A stretch of 32,000 nt of DNA from Erysipelotrichaceae bacterium MTC7. Lineage in GTDB: Bacteria > Bacillota_I > Bacilli_A > Erysipelotrichales > Erysipelotrichaceae. The position numbers and the translations under genes are program-made. Below, piece after piece: positions 22,851 through 31,573 of the stretch (positions are counted from its first letter, which is position 1; each line of letters opens with the position of its first letter). The DNA lies in assembly GCA_001695645.1 (NCBI GenBank), contig LVZN01000002.1:30001-62000 (forward strand). The letters run 5' to 3'. Under the pieces are notes generated by a model. It made no database searches. It saw nothing but the letters and a program-made list of their open reading frames with translations, and was not told the DNA's origin.

Positions 22851-22974
22851 TATACACAATTCCTGCGGTGGATATTTGTGTAGATTATGCCTTGGAAATC
22901 TACAGAAATAGCTTGCTATTATCGTCGTTCAGAGTGATATATGTACATACCAAAACGAACGGAGGATAACCACC
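22851..22974 (+). promoter_or_regulatory. Promoter/leader cassette, copy 3
   Basis: Palindrome TACACAA (22853-22859) / TTGTGTA (22876-22882). TTGCTA (22913-22918), a 19-nt spacer, then TG-A-TATATG within TTCAGAGTGATATAT (22928-22942). GGAGG RBS, ATG at 22975. Confidence 0.55.
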
Positions 22975-23451
22975 ATGATGAACACGAACAACAGCTATTT
23001 TGAAGAGATGAAGCGCATCGGCTACGCATGGGAAGAGGCACAGGTCGAACGGAAGAACCGCAAGCAGCAGATCATCGACACCCTCGGCTGGGACAGCGAG
23101 GAACTGAAAGCCTGGTACGAAGAGGACAAGGCTGCGGTTTTCCCCTTCCCACAGGGTGCAAGCAAAGCCTACCGCGCATGGGCAGGCAGCATCAGCCGCA
23201 AGGAGGACGAGGTCGAGATGGACGATTTCCTTTGGGAAAAGGAAGTACACGACTTCATCGACACGCTCCGCAGGGCGGGCATTCAGACCTTTGTTTACAC
23301 CAACCAGTCCACAGCGGTGATGGAGAACCTCCACGCCTTTGCCGCAGAAGGTTGCACGATGGACGGGCTTTGCACCATCACTCGGCACGAAGACCGCTGG
23401 GGCGATGAGGAGCCGACCGAGGTCATGGGCATCCGGTTCAGCGTGAACTGA
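22975..23451 (+). CDS. Hypothetical protein (158 aa)
   Basis: Own promoter cassette and RBS. Believable composition. No family recognised. Confidence 0.6.
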   Translation: MMNTNNSYFEEMKRIGYAWEEAQVERKNRKQQIIDTLGWDSEELKAWYEEDKAAVFPFPQGASKAYRAWAGSISRKEDEVEMDDFLWEKEVHDFIDTLRRAGIQTFVYTNQSTAVMENLHAFAAEGCTMDGLCTITRHEDRWGDEEPTEVMGIRFSVN

Positions 23452-23454
23452 GGG

Positions 23455-23595
23455 TGTAAACCACACAATTTCCCCTTCGGATATTTGTGTAGATTATAGA
23501 TCGGATTTTTACAGAAATGACTTGCTATTATTGCCGTTCAGAGTGATATATGTACATACCGAAAGGGAAAACAAAGCAAACGGAGGACAAAGACC
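23455..23595 (+). promoter_or_regulatory. Promoter/leader cassette, copy 4
   Basis: ACACAA (23463-23468) / TTGTGT (23485-23490). TTGCTA (23522-23527), a 19-nt spacer, TTCAGAGTGATATAT (23537-23551). GGAGG RBS, ATG at 23596. Near-identical to copy 3 over about 100 nt. Confidence 0.55.
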
Positions 23596-23874
23596 ATGAC
23601 AATTAACGATGCAATGAGAACCTACAGACTGCCGAACCCCACCACGCCAGAGGACTTGGAATGCCGCTGGAGCAAGGTGCTGAACTTTGGAGACAAGGTG
23701 CTTCTTGCTGGGTATTACTACAACGGGCAGAACAAGCCTTCCTACTTCGGAGCGGTTTACGAGTACCTTGAGGACGGCAGGCACGACTGCGAAAGCACCA
23801 TCGGGCTTTATGCGGCAAGCGAGGTCGAGTTCGAGGATGATGGCCACGCGATTGCCTGGGCGATGCAGCAGTAA
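23596..23874 (+). CDS. Hypothetical protein (92 aa)
   Basis: Own promoter cassette and RBS. No family recognised. Confidence 0.55.
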   Translation: MTINDAMRTYRLPNPTTPEDLECRWSKVLNFGDKVLLAGYYYNGQNKPSYFGAVYEYLEDGRHDCESTIGLYAASEVEFEDDGHAIAWAMQQ

Positions 23875-23985
23875 GATACAGAAAAACGAATAACCAAAGG
23901 GACGAGCCGGAAGGCTCTGTCTCTCGTACAGATAGATTTATGGACGGCTTGCCATTGGCAGGTCATTTTTTATGCCATTCGGGAG

Positions 23986-25596
23986 GTGAGCATTACGAGA
24001 AAACTGAAGAAATACAAACCGACACAGCTTATGGCGAAGACCTCCCGCTATGACAAGGAGGCTGCGGATTATGCCGTCATGTTCATCGAGTCGCTCTGCC
24101 ACACCAAAGGCACATGGGCGGGAAAGCCCTTTGAACTGATCGACTGGCAGGAGCAGATCATCCGTGACCTTTTTGGTATCTTGAAGCCCAATGGTTACCG
24201 CCAGTTCAACACGGCATACATCGAGATACCGAAGAAACAGGGCAAGAGCGAGCTTGCGGCGGCGGTGGCACTCCTTCTCCTCTGCGGAGACGGCGAAGAA
24301 CGCGCCGAGGTGTACGGCTGTGCCGCCGACAGGAACCAGGCAAAGATCGTCTTTGATGTGGCTGTGGATATGGTGCGGTTCTGCCCGGCACTTGCCAAGC
24401 GCGTGAAGATACTGGAGTCGCAGAAAAAGATAACCTATCTGCCAACCAACAGTTCCTACCAGGTGCTGTCGGCTGATGTGGCAAACAAGCACGGTTTCAA
24501 TACCCACGGCGTTATTTTTGATGAGCTGCACACGCAGCCGAACAGAAAGCTGTTTGATGTCATGCTACAGGGCTCCGGCGATGCAAGGATGCAGCCGCTT
24601 TACTTTCTGATCACCACAGCCGGGAATGATACGAATTCCATCTGCTATGAGGTGCATCAGAAAGCCTTGGACATCCAAGCAGGACGGAAGGTCGATCCGA
24701 CTTTCTATTCCGTTATCTACGGTGCGGCGGAGGATGAGGACTGGACGGACCCGGAGGTCTGGAAGAAAGCAAATCCCTCTCTCGGCATCACGGTCGGTAT
24801 CGACAAGGTGAAAGCGGCGTGTGATTCCGCACAGCAGAATCCTGGCGAGGAGAACGCATTCCGGCAGTTAAGACTCAATCAATGGGTGAAACAGTCGGTC
24901 AGATGGATGCCGATGGACAAGTGGGATGCCTGTGCGTTCCCTGTTTCCGAGGATGATCTGGAGGGTCGTGTCTGTTACGGCGGTCTTGACCTCTCGTCCA
25001 CAACGGATATTACGGCGTTCGTTCTGGTGTTCCCGCCGCAGGATGAGGAGGATAAATACAGCATCCTTCCGTTCTTCTGGATACCGGAGGAGACCGTTGA
25101 CCTTCGTGTAAAGCGAGACCATGTTCCCTATGATCTGTGGGAGCGGCAGGGACTTCTGATGACCACGGAGGGCAATGTTGTTCACTACGGATATATTGAA
25201 AAATTTATCGAGCGGCTGGGAGAGCGGTTCAACATCCGCGAGATCGCATTTGACCGCTGGGGAGCGGTGCAGATGGTGCAGAACCTTGAGGGCATGGGAT
25301 TTACGGTCGTTCCGTTCGGACAGGGATTTAAGGATATGTCCCCGCCGACCAAGGAACTGATGAAGCTGACTTTGGAGGAGAAGATCGCACACGGCGGGCA
25401 TCCCGTCCTGCGGTGGATGATGGACAACATCTTCATCCGTACCGATCCAGCCGGAAACATCAAGGCAGACAAGGAAAAATCGACAGAAAAGATCGATGGC
25501 GCGATTGCGACCATCATGGCACTCGACCGGGCGATCCGGTGCGGCAATGAATCTCACGAGAGCGTGTATGACTCCCGTGGGATTTTGTTTATATGA
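23986..25596 (+). CDS. terL: Terminase large subunit (Terminase_1 type)
   Basis: ...AADYAVMFIESLCHTKGTWAGKPFELIDWQEQIIRDLFG..., Walker A-like IEIPKKQGKS, Walker B FDELH, and a C-terminal RNaseH-like nuclease region with ...DKIDGAIA. Start is uncertain: the GTG at 23986 sits inside the only SD-like GGGAGGTG, and the next in-frame ATG is at 24031. Confidence 0.9.
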   Translation: MSITRKLKKYKPTQLMAKTSRYDKEAADYAVMFIESLCHTKGTWAGKPFELIDWQEQIIRDLFGILKPNGYRQFNTAYIEIPKKQGKSELAAAVALLLLCGDGEERAEVYGCAADRNQAKIVFDVAVDMVRFCPALAKRVKILESQKKITYLPTNSSYQVLSADVANKHGFNTHGVIFDELHTQPNRKLFDVMLQGSGDARMQPLYFLITTAGNDTNSICYEVHQKALDIQAGRKVDPTFYSVIYGAAEDEDWTDPEVWKKANPSLGITVGIDKVKAACDSAQQNPGEENAFRQLRLNQWVKQSVRWMPMDKWDACAFPVSEDDLEGRVCYGGLDLSSTTDITAFVLVFPPQDEEDKYSILPFFWIPEETVDLRVKRDHVPYDLWERQGLLMTTEGNVVHYGYIEKFIERLGERFNIREIAFDRWGAVQMVQNLEGMGFTVVPFGQGFKDMSPPTKELMKLTLEEKIAHGGHPVLRWMMDNIFIRTDPAGNIKADKEKSTEKIDGAIATIMALDRAIRCGNESHESVYDSRGILFI

Positions 25597-25615
25597 GGAA
25601 GGAGCGTGATGAGAT

Positions 25616-26950
25616 ATGGGAATATTCAGCGGTTTATTTCGGTCAAGGGATAAGCCCACCGACAGCACGGTCGGTTCGAGATACGCCTTTTACATGGGCG
25701 GCAGCTCGTCCGGCAAGGTGGTGACGGAGCGGAGCGCGATGCAGATGACAGCGGTGTATGCCTGTGTGCGTATCCTGTCGGAGGCAATCGCGGGACTTCC
25801 GCTCCATATGTACCGCTACAAGGATGACGGCGGCAAGGAAAAGGCGCTCGATCATCCATTATACCTTCTGCTCCATGACGAGCCGAACCCGGAGATGAGT
25901 TCATTCGTGTTCAGGGAAACACTGATGACTCATCTTTTGCTTTGGGGAAACGCCTATGCGCAGATCATCCGCAACGGCAAGGGTGAGGTCGTGGCGCTGT
26001 ATCCGCTGATGCCGAACAAGATGACCGTCAGCAGGGATGAGACAGGACAGCTTTATTACACCTATCAGAAATCCCAGGAAGAGCTGCCGAAGGACAACAC
26101 CTATACGGTGACGCTCCATCCTTCCGATGTGCTGCATATCCCCGGACTCGGCTTTGACGGTCTGGTGGGATACTCGCCGATCGCGATGGCAAAGAACGCC
26201 ATCGGGCTTGCGATTGCAACCGAGGAATACGGCAGCAAGTTCTTCGCAAACGGCGCGGCGCCGAGCGGTGTGCTGGAGCATCCCGGAACGATCAAGGACC
26301 CGCAGAGGGTGCGCGAGTCATGGATGAGCCAGTTTGGAGGGTCGGCAAACAGCAACAAGATCGCCGTTCTGGAGGAGGGGCTTAAGTACACGCCTATCTC
26401 CATCTCGCCGGAACAGGCGCAGTTTCTGGAAACGAGAAAGTTCCAGATCAATGAAATAGCCCGGATTTTCAGAGTGCCTCCGCACATGGTGGGAGACCTT
26501 GAGAAGTCGAGTTTTTCCAATATAGAGCAGCAGTCCCTTGAGTTTGTGAAGTACACGCTCGATCCCTGGGTGGTCAGATGGGAACAGTCCATACAGCGGA
26601 CGCTCCTGACGCCGGAGGAGAAGAAAACATACTTCGTGAAGTTCAACGTGGAAGGGCTGCTCCGTGGAGATTACCAGAGCCGCATGAGCGGGTATGCCAC
26701 GGCAAGGCAGAACGGCTGGATGAGCGCAAACGACATCCGGGAGCTTGAGAATCTTGACCGCATCCCTGCGGAAGACGGCGGCGATCTCTACCTCGTAAAC
26801 GGCAACATGCTCCCGCTTAACAGGGCGGGTGCTTTTGCAGATACAACTACTGACCAAGGGAAGGAGGAAGAAGCCAATGAGTCAGACGAAGAAGTTCTGG
26901 GCGTGGAAGAACCAGGCGGACGACGGCGGAACCGAGGCAAGGGTGCTTGA
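25616..26950 (+). CDS. Portal protein, HK97 family
   Basis: ...MTAVYACVRILSEAIAGLPL..., LLLWGNAY, FLETRKFQINEIARIFRVPPHMVG. Sits directly after terL. Confidence 0.9.
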   Translation: MGIFSGLFRSRDKPTDSTVGSRYAFYMGGSSSGKVVTERSAMQMTAVYACVRILSEAIAGLPLHMYRYKDDGGKEKALDHPLYLLLHDEPNPEMSSFVFRETLMTHLLLWGNAYAQIIRNGKGEVVALYPLMPNKMTVSRDETGQLYYTYQKSQEELPKDNTYTVTLHPSDVLHIPGLGFDGLVGYSPIAMAKNAIGLAIATEEYGSKFFANGAAPSGVLEHPGTIKDPQRVRESWMSQFGGSANSNKIAVLEEGLKYTPISISPEQAQFLETRKFQINEIARIFRVPPHMVGDLEKSSFSNIEQQSLEFVKYTLDPWVVRWEQSIQRTLLTPEEKKTYFVKFNVEGLLRGDYQSRMSGYATARQNGWMSANDIRELENLDRIPAEDGGDLYLVNGNMLPLNRAGAFADTTTDQGKEEEANESDEEVLGVEEPGGRRRNRGKGA

Positions 26951-27635
26951 ACTGTACGGCACGATCGCCGAGGAGAGCTGGTTCGATGACGATATCACGC
27001 CCGCGCAGTTCCGTGAGGAGCTGTTTGCCGGGAGCGGTCCCGTGACAGTGTGGATCAACTCGCCCGGCGGAGACTGCATTGCGGCAAGCCAGATATACAC
27101 CATGCTGATGGATTACAGGGATGACGTGACCGTCAAGATCGACGGCATCGCGGCATCTGCGGCTTCCGTCATCGCAATGGCGGGAACCGAGGTGCTGATG
27201 GCTCCCACGGCGCTGATAATGATCCACAATCCTGCGACCATCGCTATGGGCGACCATGAAGACATGCAGAAAGCCATCGAGATGCTGGACGAGGTCAAGG
27301 AGAGCATTATCAATGCCTATGAGATCAAGACCAGTCTTTCGAGGGCGAAGCTGTCGCACCTTATGGATGCGGAAACCTGGATGAACGCAAACAAGGCTGT
27401 GGAGTTGGGCTTTGCGGACGGCATTCTTGAAGATGAGAAGGCCGCTGACATTGCCGTACCCGCCTATGCGTTTTCAAGGAAGACCGTACAGGCGGCACTG
27501 ATGAACAAAATCACTGCCAAGGCAAAGCCTGTGCAAAAAGCCGATATCCCGGCAGATGCGCAGACAGACACACCGGCGGGACGCTCGGTCGATGAACTGA
27601 AAGCCCGCCTCAACACGATCAAAAACTTTATTTAA
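26877..27635 (+). CDS. Prohead (head maturation) serine protease, ClpP/S14-like
   Basis: ATG at 26877 is 8 nt after AAGGAGGA. INSPGGD, GIAASAASVIAMAG, MIHNP motifs. Overlaps the portal 3' end by 74 nt in another frame. Confidence 0.85.
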   Translation: MSQTKKFWAWKNQADDGGTEARVLELYGTIAEESWFDDDITPAQFREELFAGSGPVTVWINSPGGDCIAASQIYTMLMDYRDDVTVKIDGIAASAASVIAMAGTEVLMAPTALIMIHNPATIAMGDHEDMQKAIEMLDEVKESIINAYEIKTSLSRAKLSHLMDAETWMNANKAVELGFADGILEDEKAADIAVPAYAFSRKTVQAALMNKITAKAKPVQKADIPADAQTDTPAGRSVDELKARLNTIKNFI

Positions 27636-27650
27636 CGGAGGTAAATCATC

Positions 27651-28832
27651 ATGACTATTATCGAAATGCGTGAGAAGAGAGCAAAGCTGTGGAACACGAT
27701 GGAGGGTTTCCTCGATACCCACAGAAACGACAAGGGCGTCCTGTCCGCAGAGGATGACGCCACCTATTCCGCTATGGAACAGGATCTGAACGACCTGTCC
27801 AACGAGATCCGCCGCATGGAGCGCAGGGACGCTATGGAAGCGGAACTGAACAAGCCTGTGGGCACTCCCATCAAGGAGACTCCCGAAAAGCCGAATGCCG
27901 AGATGCAGAAGGGTCGCGCGTCCAATGCCTATAAGGAGGACTTCGGCAGACACCTTCGCGGCAAGGCTCCCATCCACAACGTGCTTTCCGAAAGCACCGA
28001 CGCGGACGGCGGCTACCTTGTGCCGGAGGAGTTCGAGCGCGACATCGTGACCGGGCTTGACGCAGTAAACGTGGTTCGTTCCATTGCCAAGGTCATCACG
28101 ACTCAGAATGACAGGAAGATCCCGATTTCCGTTGGCCATTCGGTAGCTAACTGGACTGCTGAGAATGCGGCTTTCACCGAGAGCAATCCCACCTTCGGTC
28201 AGAAGGAGATCGACGCCTACAAGCTCACCGACCTTATCCGCATCAGTGTGGAACTTCTGCAGGATGCGGCGTTTCCGCTGGAGGAGTATATTGCCAATGA
28301 GTTCGCCAGAGCGTTCGGTGCTGCCGAGGAAGAGGCGTTCTGCGTGGGCAACGGCACGGGGCGTCCTACGGGCATCTTTACCGCCAATGGCGGCGCGGTC
28401 GGCGTGACCGCTGCGGCAAACAATGCCATCACAGCGGATGAGCTTATCAACCTCGTATACGCGCTCAAGGCTCCGTATCGCAGGAACGCAAAGTTCCTCA
28501 TGAACGATGCGACCATCTCCGCCATCCGCAAGCTGAAGGACGGCAACGGCGTGTATCTGTGGCAGCCTTCCCTCCAGGCGGGAGAGCCTGACAAGCTGCT
28601 CGGCTATGACCTCTATACCTCTCCGTATGCGCCTACTATGGCGGCGGGTGCGTATACCGTTGCATTCGGTGATTTCCAGAACTACTGGATCGGCGACCGT
28701 GCGGGCAGAACGGTTCAGCGCCTGAACGAGCTTTATGCTACCAACGGTCAGATCGGTTATGTGGCCACTGAGCGTGTGGACGGCAAGGTCATCCTCGCCG
28801 AGGGCATCCAGCTCCTGCAGATGAAAGCGTAA
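27651..28832 (+). CDS. Major capsid protein, HK97 family (with N-terminal delta/scaffold-like coiled coil)
   Basis: Coiled-coil N-terminus, then DADGGYLVPEEF and the ...AFCVGNGTGRPTGI... core. Position after the protease. Confidence 0.9.
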   Translation: MTIIEMREKRAKLWNTMEGFLDTHRNDKGVLSAEDDATYSAMEQDLNDLSNEIRRMERRDAMEAELNKPVGTPIKETPEKPNAEMQKGRASNAYKEDFGRHLRGKAPIHNVLSESTDADGGYLVPEEFERDIVTGLDAVNVVRSIAKVITTQNDRKIPISVGHSVANWTAENAAFTESNPTFGQKEIDAYKLTDLIRISVELLQDAAFPLEEYIANEFARAFGAAEEEAFCVGNGTGRPTGIFTANGGAVGVTAAANNAITADELINLVYALKAPYRRNAKFLMNDATISAIRKLKDGNGVYLWQPSLQAGEPDKLLGYDLYTSPYAPTMAAGAYTVAFGDFQNYWIGDRAGRTVQRLNELYATNGQIGYVATERVDGKVILAEGIQLLQMKA

Positions 28833-28845
28833 GGAGGACAAGGCT

Positions 28846-29070
28846 ATGAGCGAGTATAACGCAAAGAATTATACCGAACAGGGCGGTGACATCACACACA
28901 TCGGAGGAACGCTGATCATCGAGGAAGGAGCCTCTGTGGAGGGGCTCCTTTCCACTCCTGCGGAAAACCAGGCAGACAGCGAGGCAACGACTGTGGCTGC
29001 TCTGAAAGAGGACTTCAATGGTCTGCTGGCAAAGCTGAAGACTTCCGGACTTATGGCAGCGGACGAATAA
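28846..29070 (+). CDS. Small head-associated protein (head-fibre/decoration-like), 74 aa
   Basis: AAGGAGGA RBS. MSEYNAKNYTEQGGD..HIGG.L.I N-terminus resembles proteins I recall annotated as head fibre proteins. The call is weak. Confidence 0.45.
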   Translation: MSEYNAKNYTEQGGDITHIGGTLIIEEGASVEGLLSTPAENQADSEATTVAALKEDFNGLLAKLKTSGLMAADE

Positions 29071-29241
29071 TAACCGGGCAACCGAGCCGTCCGTGGGAGC
29101 GATCCTGCGGGCGGCACAATGGGGTTCCCGGCAAGCCGTAAGGCTTGTTGGGGAGAGGACGAGCAGTGAAGTGAGTGAGCTTTCGTGTTTGCACGAAAAC
29201 GAACGATACGGAACTTGCGAGGACGAGAAGGGAGTGAGACT

Positions 29242-29532
29242 ATGGCAATTATCACGCTTGATGAGGCAAAGACCTATCTTCGTGTGGACTATTCCGATGA
29301 GGATGACCTTATCACGAATTTTATATCTACGGCGGAAAAGCTGGTACAGGATATGTCGCGGCTCTCGGATGATGACTGGGATGCCGCCGATGAAGATACC
29401 CTTGCCCGTGTGCGGATAGCCATCCTTTTTACGGTCGCATATCTCTATGAGCATCGTGAGGAGGCAGACCACAGCGCGCTGAACCTGACGCTCCGCTCCC
29501 TTCTTTTCGGTATACGGGAGGAGGAATTCTGA
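29242..29532 (+). CDS. Head-tail connector protein (gp6-like)
   Basis: MAIITLDEAKTYLRVDYSDEDDLI...I.AAE..V is the typical gp6-like N-terminus. An in-frame GTG at 29185 could add 19 aa. Confidence 0.75.
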   Translation: MAIITLDEAKTYLRVDYSDEDDLITNFISTAEKLVQDMSRLSDDDWDAADEDTLARVRIAILFTVAYLYEHREEADHSALNLTLRSLLFGIREEEF

Positions 29533-29885
29533 TGAATATAGCAGCCATGCGGGTGCGCGTCACTTTCCAGAAAAATACGGCCATCGTCGACAAATACGGA
29601 AACCACAAAACCGGCTGGGCGGATTATTTCTCCTGCTGGGCGACCGCAGGCTCCAACAATGCGGTAAGCGGGACGGGGAGCGGCTCTGAAAGCACGGGCG
29701 TTGTTATCCGTTCCGAAGAGTCTCTTTCCTTTACCTGCAGGTGGTGTTCCGAACTTGCCGCCGTGGAATCCACGAAATACAGGATCGTCTGCGAGGGTAA
29801 GACCTATAACATCATTTATGTGAATCCGATGGGCTTCAAGCATAACAGCATCAAGTTTTCCTGCGAACTGGAGGGACAGTCATGA
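29532..29885 (+). CDS. Head closure / head-tail adaptor protein
   Basis: ATGA overlap with the upstream gene. R.RVTFQK....D.YGN....W.....CWA pattern of the Phage_H_T_join family. Confidence 0.7.
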   Translation: MNIAAMRVRVTFQKNTAIVDKYGNHKTGWADYFSCWATAGSNNAVSGTGSGSESTGVVIRSEESLSFTCRWCSELAAVESTKYRIVCEGKTYNIIYVNPMGFKHNSIKFSCELEGQS

Positions 29886-30262
29886 GCCGCCGGGTATCCG
29901 TGGACGGCATGGCGGACGCCATCATGGAGGAACTGACGAAGTACTCCGATCTTGCCGCCGATGAACTGAAAGCCGCCGTGAAAGAGACGGCGCAGTCGGT
30001 ACGCAAGGACATCCAGGCGTCCGCTCCGTCACGCACGGGGAAATATAAAAAATCGTGGTCGGTAAAGACTGTGAAGGAATCCTCGGAAACCATCGACCTG
30101 GTGGTGCATTCCAAAAACCGCTATCAGATAGCGCACCTTCTGGAACATGGCCACGCCAAGCGAGGCGGAGGAAGGGTCGCGGCAAGACCGCATATCGCTC
30201 CCGCTGAACAGGCAGGAAACGAAAAGCTGGTAAAGACCATCGAGCAGAAGCTGAAAGGGTGA
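29882..30262 (+). CDS. HK97 gp10-family tail-component protein
   Basis: ...QASAPSRTGKYKKSWSVK... and GHAKRGGGRVAARPHIAPAEQ match the HK97 gp10 family pattern. Overlapping stops and starts. Confidence 0.75.
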   Translation: MSRRVSVDGMADAIMEELTKYSDLAADELKAAVKETAQSVRKDIQASAPSRTGKYKKSWSVKTVKESSETIDLVVHSKNRYQIAHLLEHGHAKRGGGRVAARPHIAPAEQAGNEKLVKTIEQKLKG

Positions 30263-30597
30263 TGCCTATGACACACGAAGAAATCGTAACCATGCTGGAG
30301 GAGGCAAACCTTCCTCTTGCGTATGACCATTTTGCGGAGGGCGAAAGTCCCGATCCGCCTTTTTTAATCTTCCTATTTCCGGGGACGGACAATATGTTCG
30401 CCGACAACAAGGTGTGGCAGAAGATCAACCAGCTGAACATCGAACTGTACACGGACGAAAAGTCGCCGGAAACGGAAGAAACAATCGAGGACATCCTGGA
30501 CTCCTACGAGATCCCTTATGAGAAGTCGGAGTACTGGATCGAATCGGAAAAGATGTATGAAGTGCTTTATCAAACAGAAATTTTAGGAGGTAACTGA
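30262..30597 (+). CDS. Probable tail completion/terminator protein
   Basis: ATGA overlap with gp10-like stop. Position between gp10-like and major tail protein genes. No motif recognised. Confidence 0.45.
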   Translation: MPMTHEEIVTMLEEANLPLAYDHFAEGESPDPPFLIFLFPGTDNMFADNKVWQKINQLNIELYTDEKSPETEETIEDILDSYEIPYEKSEYWIESEKMYEVLYQTEILGGN

Positions 30598-30599
30598 CT

Positions 30600-31181
30600 A
30601 TGGCAACGAAAAAGAACAAAGTCAAGTTCGGTCTGAAGAACTGCCATTACGCACTGGTCACGCTTGCGGATGACGGTACCGCCACATTCGGCACGCCCGT
30701 GGCTATGCCTGGCGCAGTATCCCTTTCGCTTGACGCGGAGGGTGAAAACGAGCCGTTCTACGCCGATGATTCCGTGTACTACATGGTATCGGACAACAAC
30801 GGCTATTCCGGCGATCTGGAGCTTGCGCTCATCCCGGAGAGTTTTCTTACGGACATCATGCACGAGACCGAGGACAGCAACGGCGTTCTCTATGAGAACA
30901 AGGACGTGGAGCCGGAGCATTTTGCACTGCTTTTCGAGTTTACGGGTGACCAGAGGAAGATCCGCCACTGTATGTATTACTGCTCGGCGAGCCGTCCTTC
31001 CGTATCCGGCAATACCCGCGAGGATTCTACCGAGGTGCAGACAGAAACACTCTCGCTGACTGTTTCCCCTCTGCCGAGCGGACTGGTGAAGGTCAAGACC
31101 GGGACGAACACCACGGCGGCTGTCTATGACGCATGGTACAACTCGGTATATGAGATTTCGACCGAAAGCAGCGGCGAGTAA
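30600..31181 (+). CDS. Major tail (tube) protein, phi13/TP901-1-like
   Basis: MATKKNKVKFGLKNCHYA....DDGT..FGTPV.MPGAVSLSLDAEGE...FYADD is characteristic of the phi13-family major tail protein. Confidence 0.8.
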   Translation: MATKKNKVKFGLKNCHYALVTLADDGTATFGTPVAMPGAVSLSLDAEGENEPFYADDSVYYMVSDNNGYSGDLELALIPESFLTDIMHETEDSNGVLYENKDVEPEHFALLFEFTGDQRKIRHCMYYCSASRPSVSGNTREDSTEVQTETLSLTVSPLPSGLVKVKTGTNTTAAVYDAWYNSVYEISTESSGE

Positions 31182-31195
31182 GGAGGGCTTAAATC

Positions 31196-31573
31196 ATGGC
31201 AGTAACAAAAACAATCGCCGTTGACGGCAAGGACGTGACTTTCCGTGCGTCTGCCGCCATCCCGCGGCTTTACAGAAACAAGTTCCACAGGGACATTTAC
31301 CGTGACCTGAACGAACTTCAGAAAGGGATCGATGAGAACAGTGCCGGGGAATCCAACCTCGACACTTTTTCTTTGGAACTTTTCGAGAACATCGCGTGGC
31401 TCATGGCGAGGCACGCCGACTCCGCCGTTCCTGACTCTCCCGAAGAGTGGCTGGACGGCTTCAACACCTTTTCCATCTACGAGGTGCTGCCGCAGATCAT
31501 CGAACTGTGGGGCATCAACACGCAGCAGCAGGTCGAGTCTAAAAAAAACGTCCCGCCACGGAAAGGGAGATGA
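31196..31573 (+). CDS. Tail assembly chaperone (gpG-like)
   Basis: Position between the tail tube and tape measure genes. Ends just after a slippery A-run. Confidence 0.7.
   Translation: MAVTKTIAVDGKDVTFRASAAIPRLYRNKFHRDIYRDLNELQKGIDENSAGESNLDTFSLELFENIAWLMARHADSAVPDSPEEWLDGFNTFSIYEVLPQIIELWGINTQQQVESKKNVPPRKGR
31543..31549 (+). promoter_or_regulatory. Programmed -1 ribosomal frameshift heptamer A_AAA_AAC (gpG to gpGT)
   Basis: In the zero frame tct aaa aaa aac. A -1 slip enters the frame of 31570..31734, and there is no stop between 31549 and 31570. Confidence 0.6.

Noticed and set aside
19662-23595. Possible CRISPR-like or integron-like array, given four similar repeats
   Set aside because: The repeats are 90-150 nt long and separated by 0.6-1.9 kb of coding sequence. 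They contain promoter and RBS features, there are no short uniform spacers, and no attC-like structure or integrase is present.
27474-28841. 455-aa minus-strand ORF
   Set aside because: It is antisense to the HK97-type major capsid gene, so it is a shadow ORF.
29093-29419. 108-aa + strand ORF spanning the structured gap and the connector gene
   Set aside because: It is out of frame with the clearly recognisable gp6-like connector and has no RBS. Its N-terminal half lies in the structured non-coding region.
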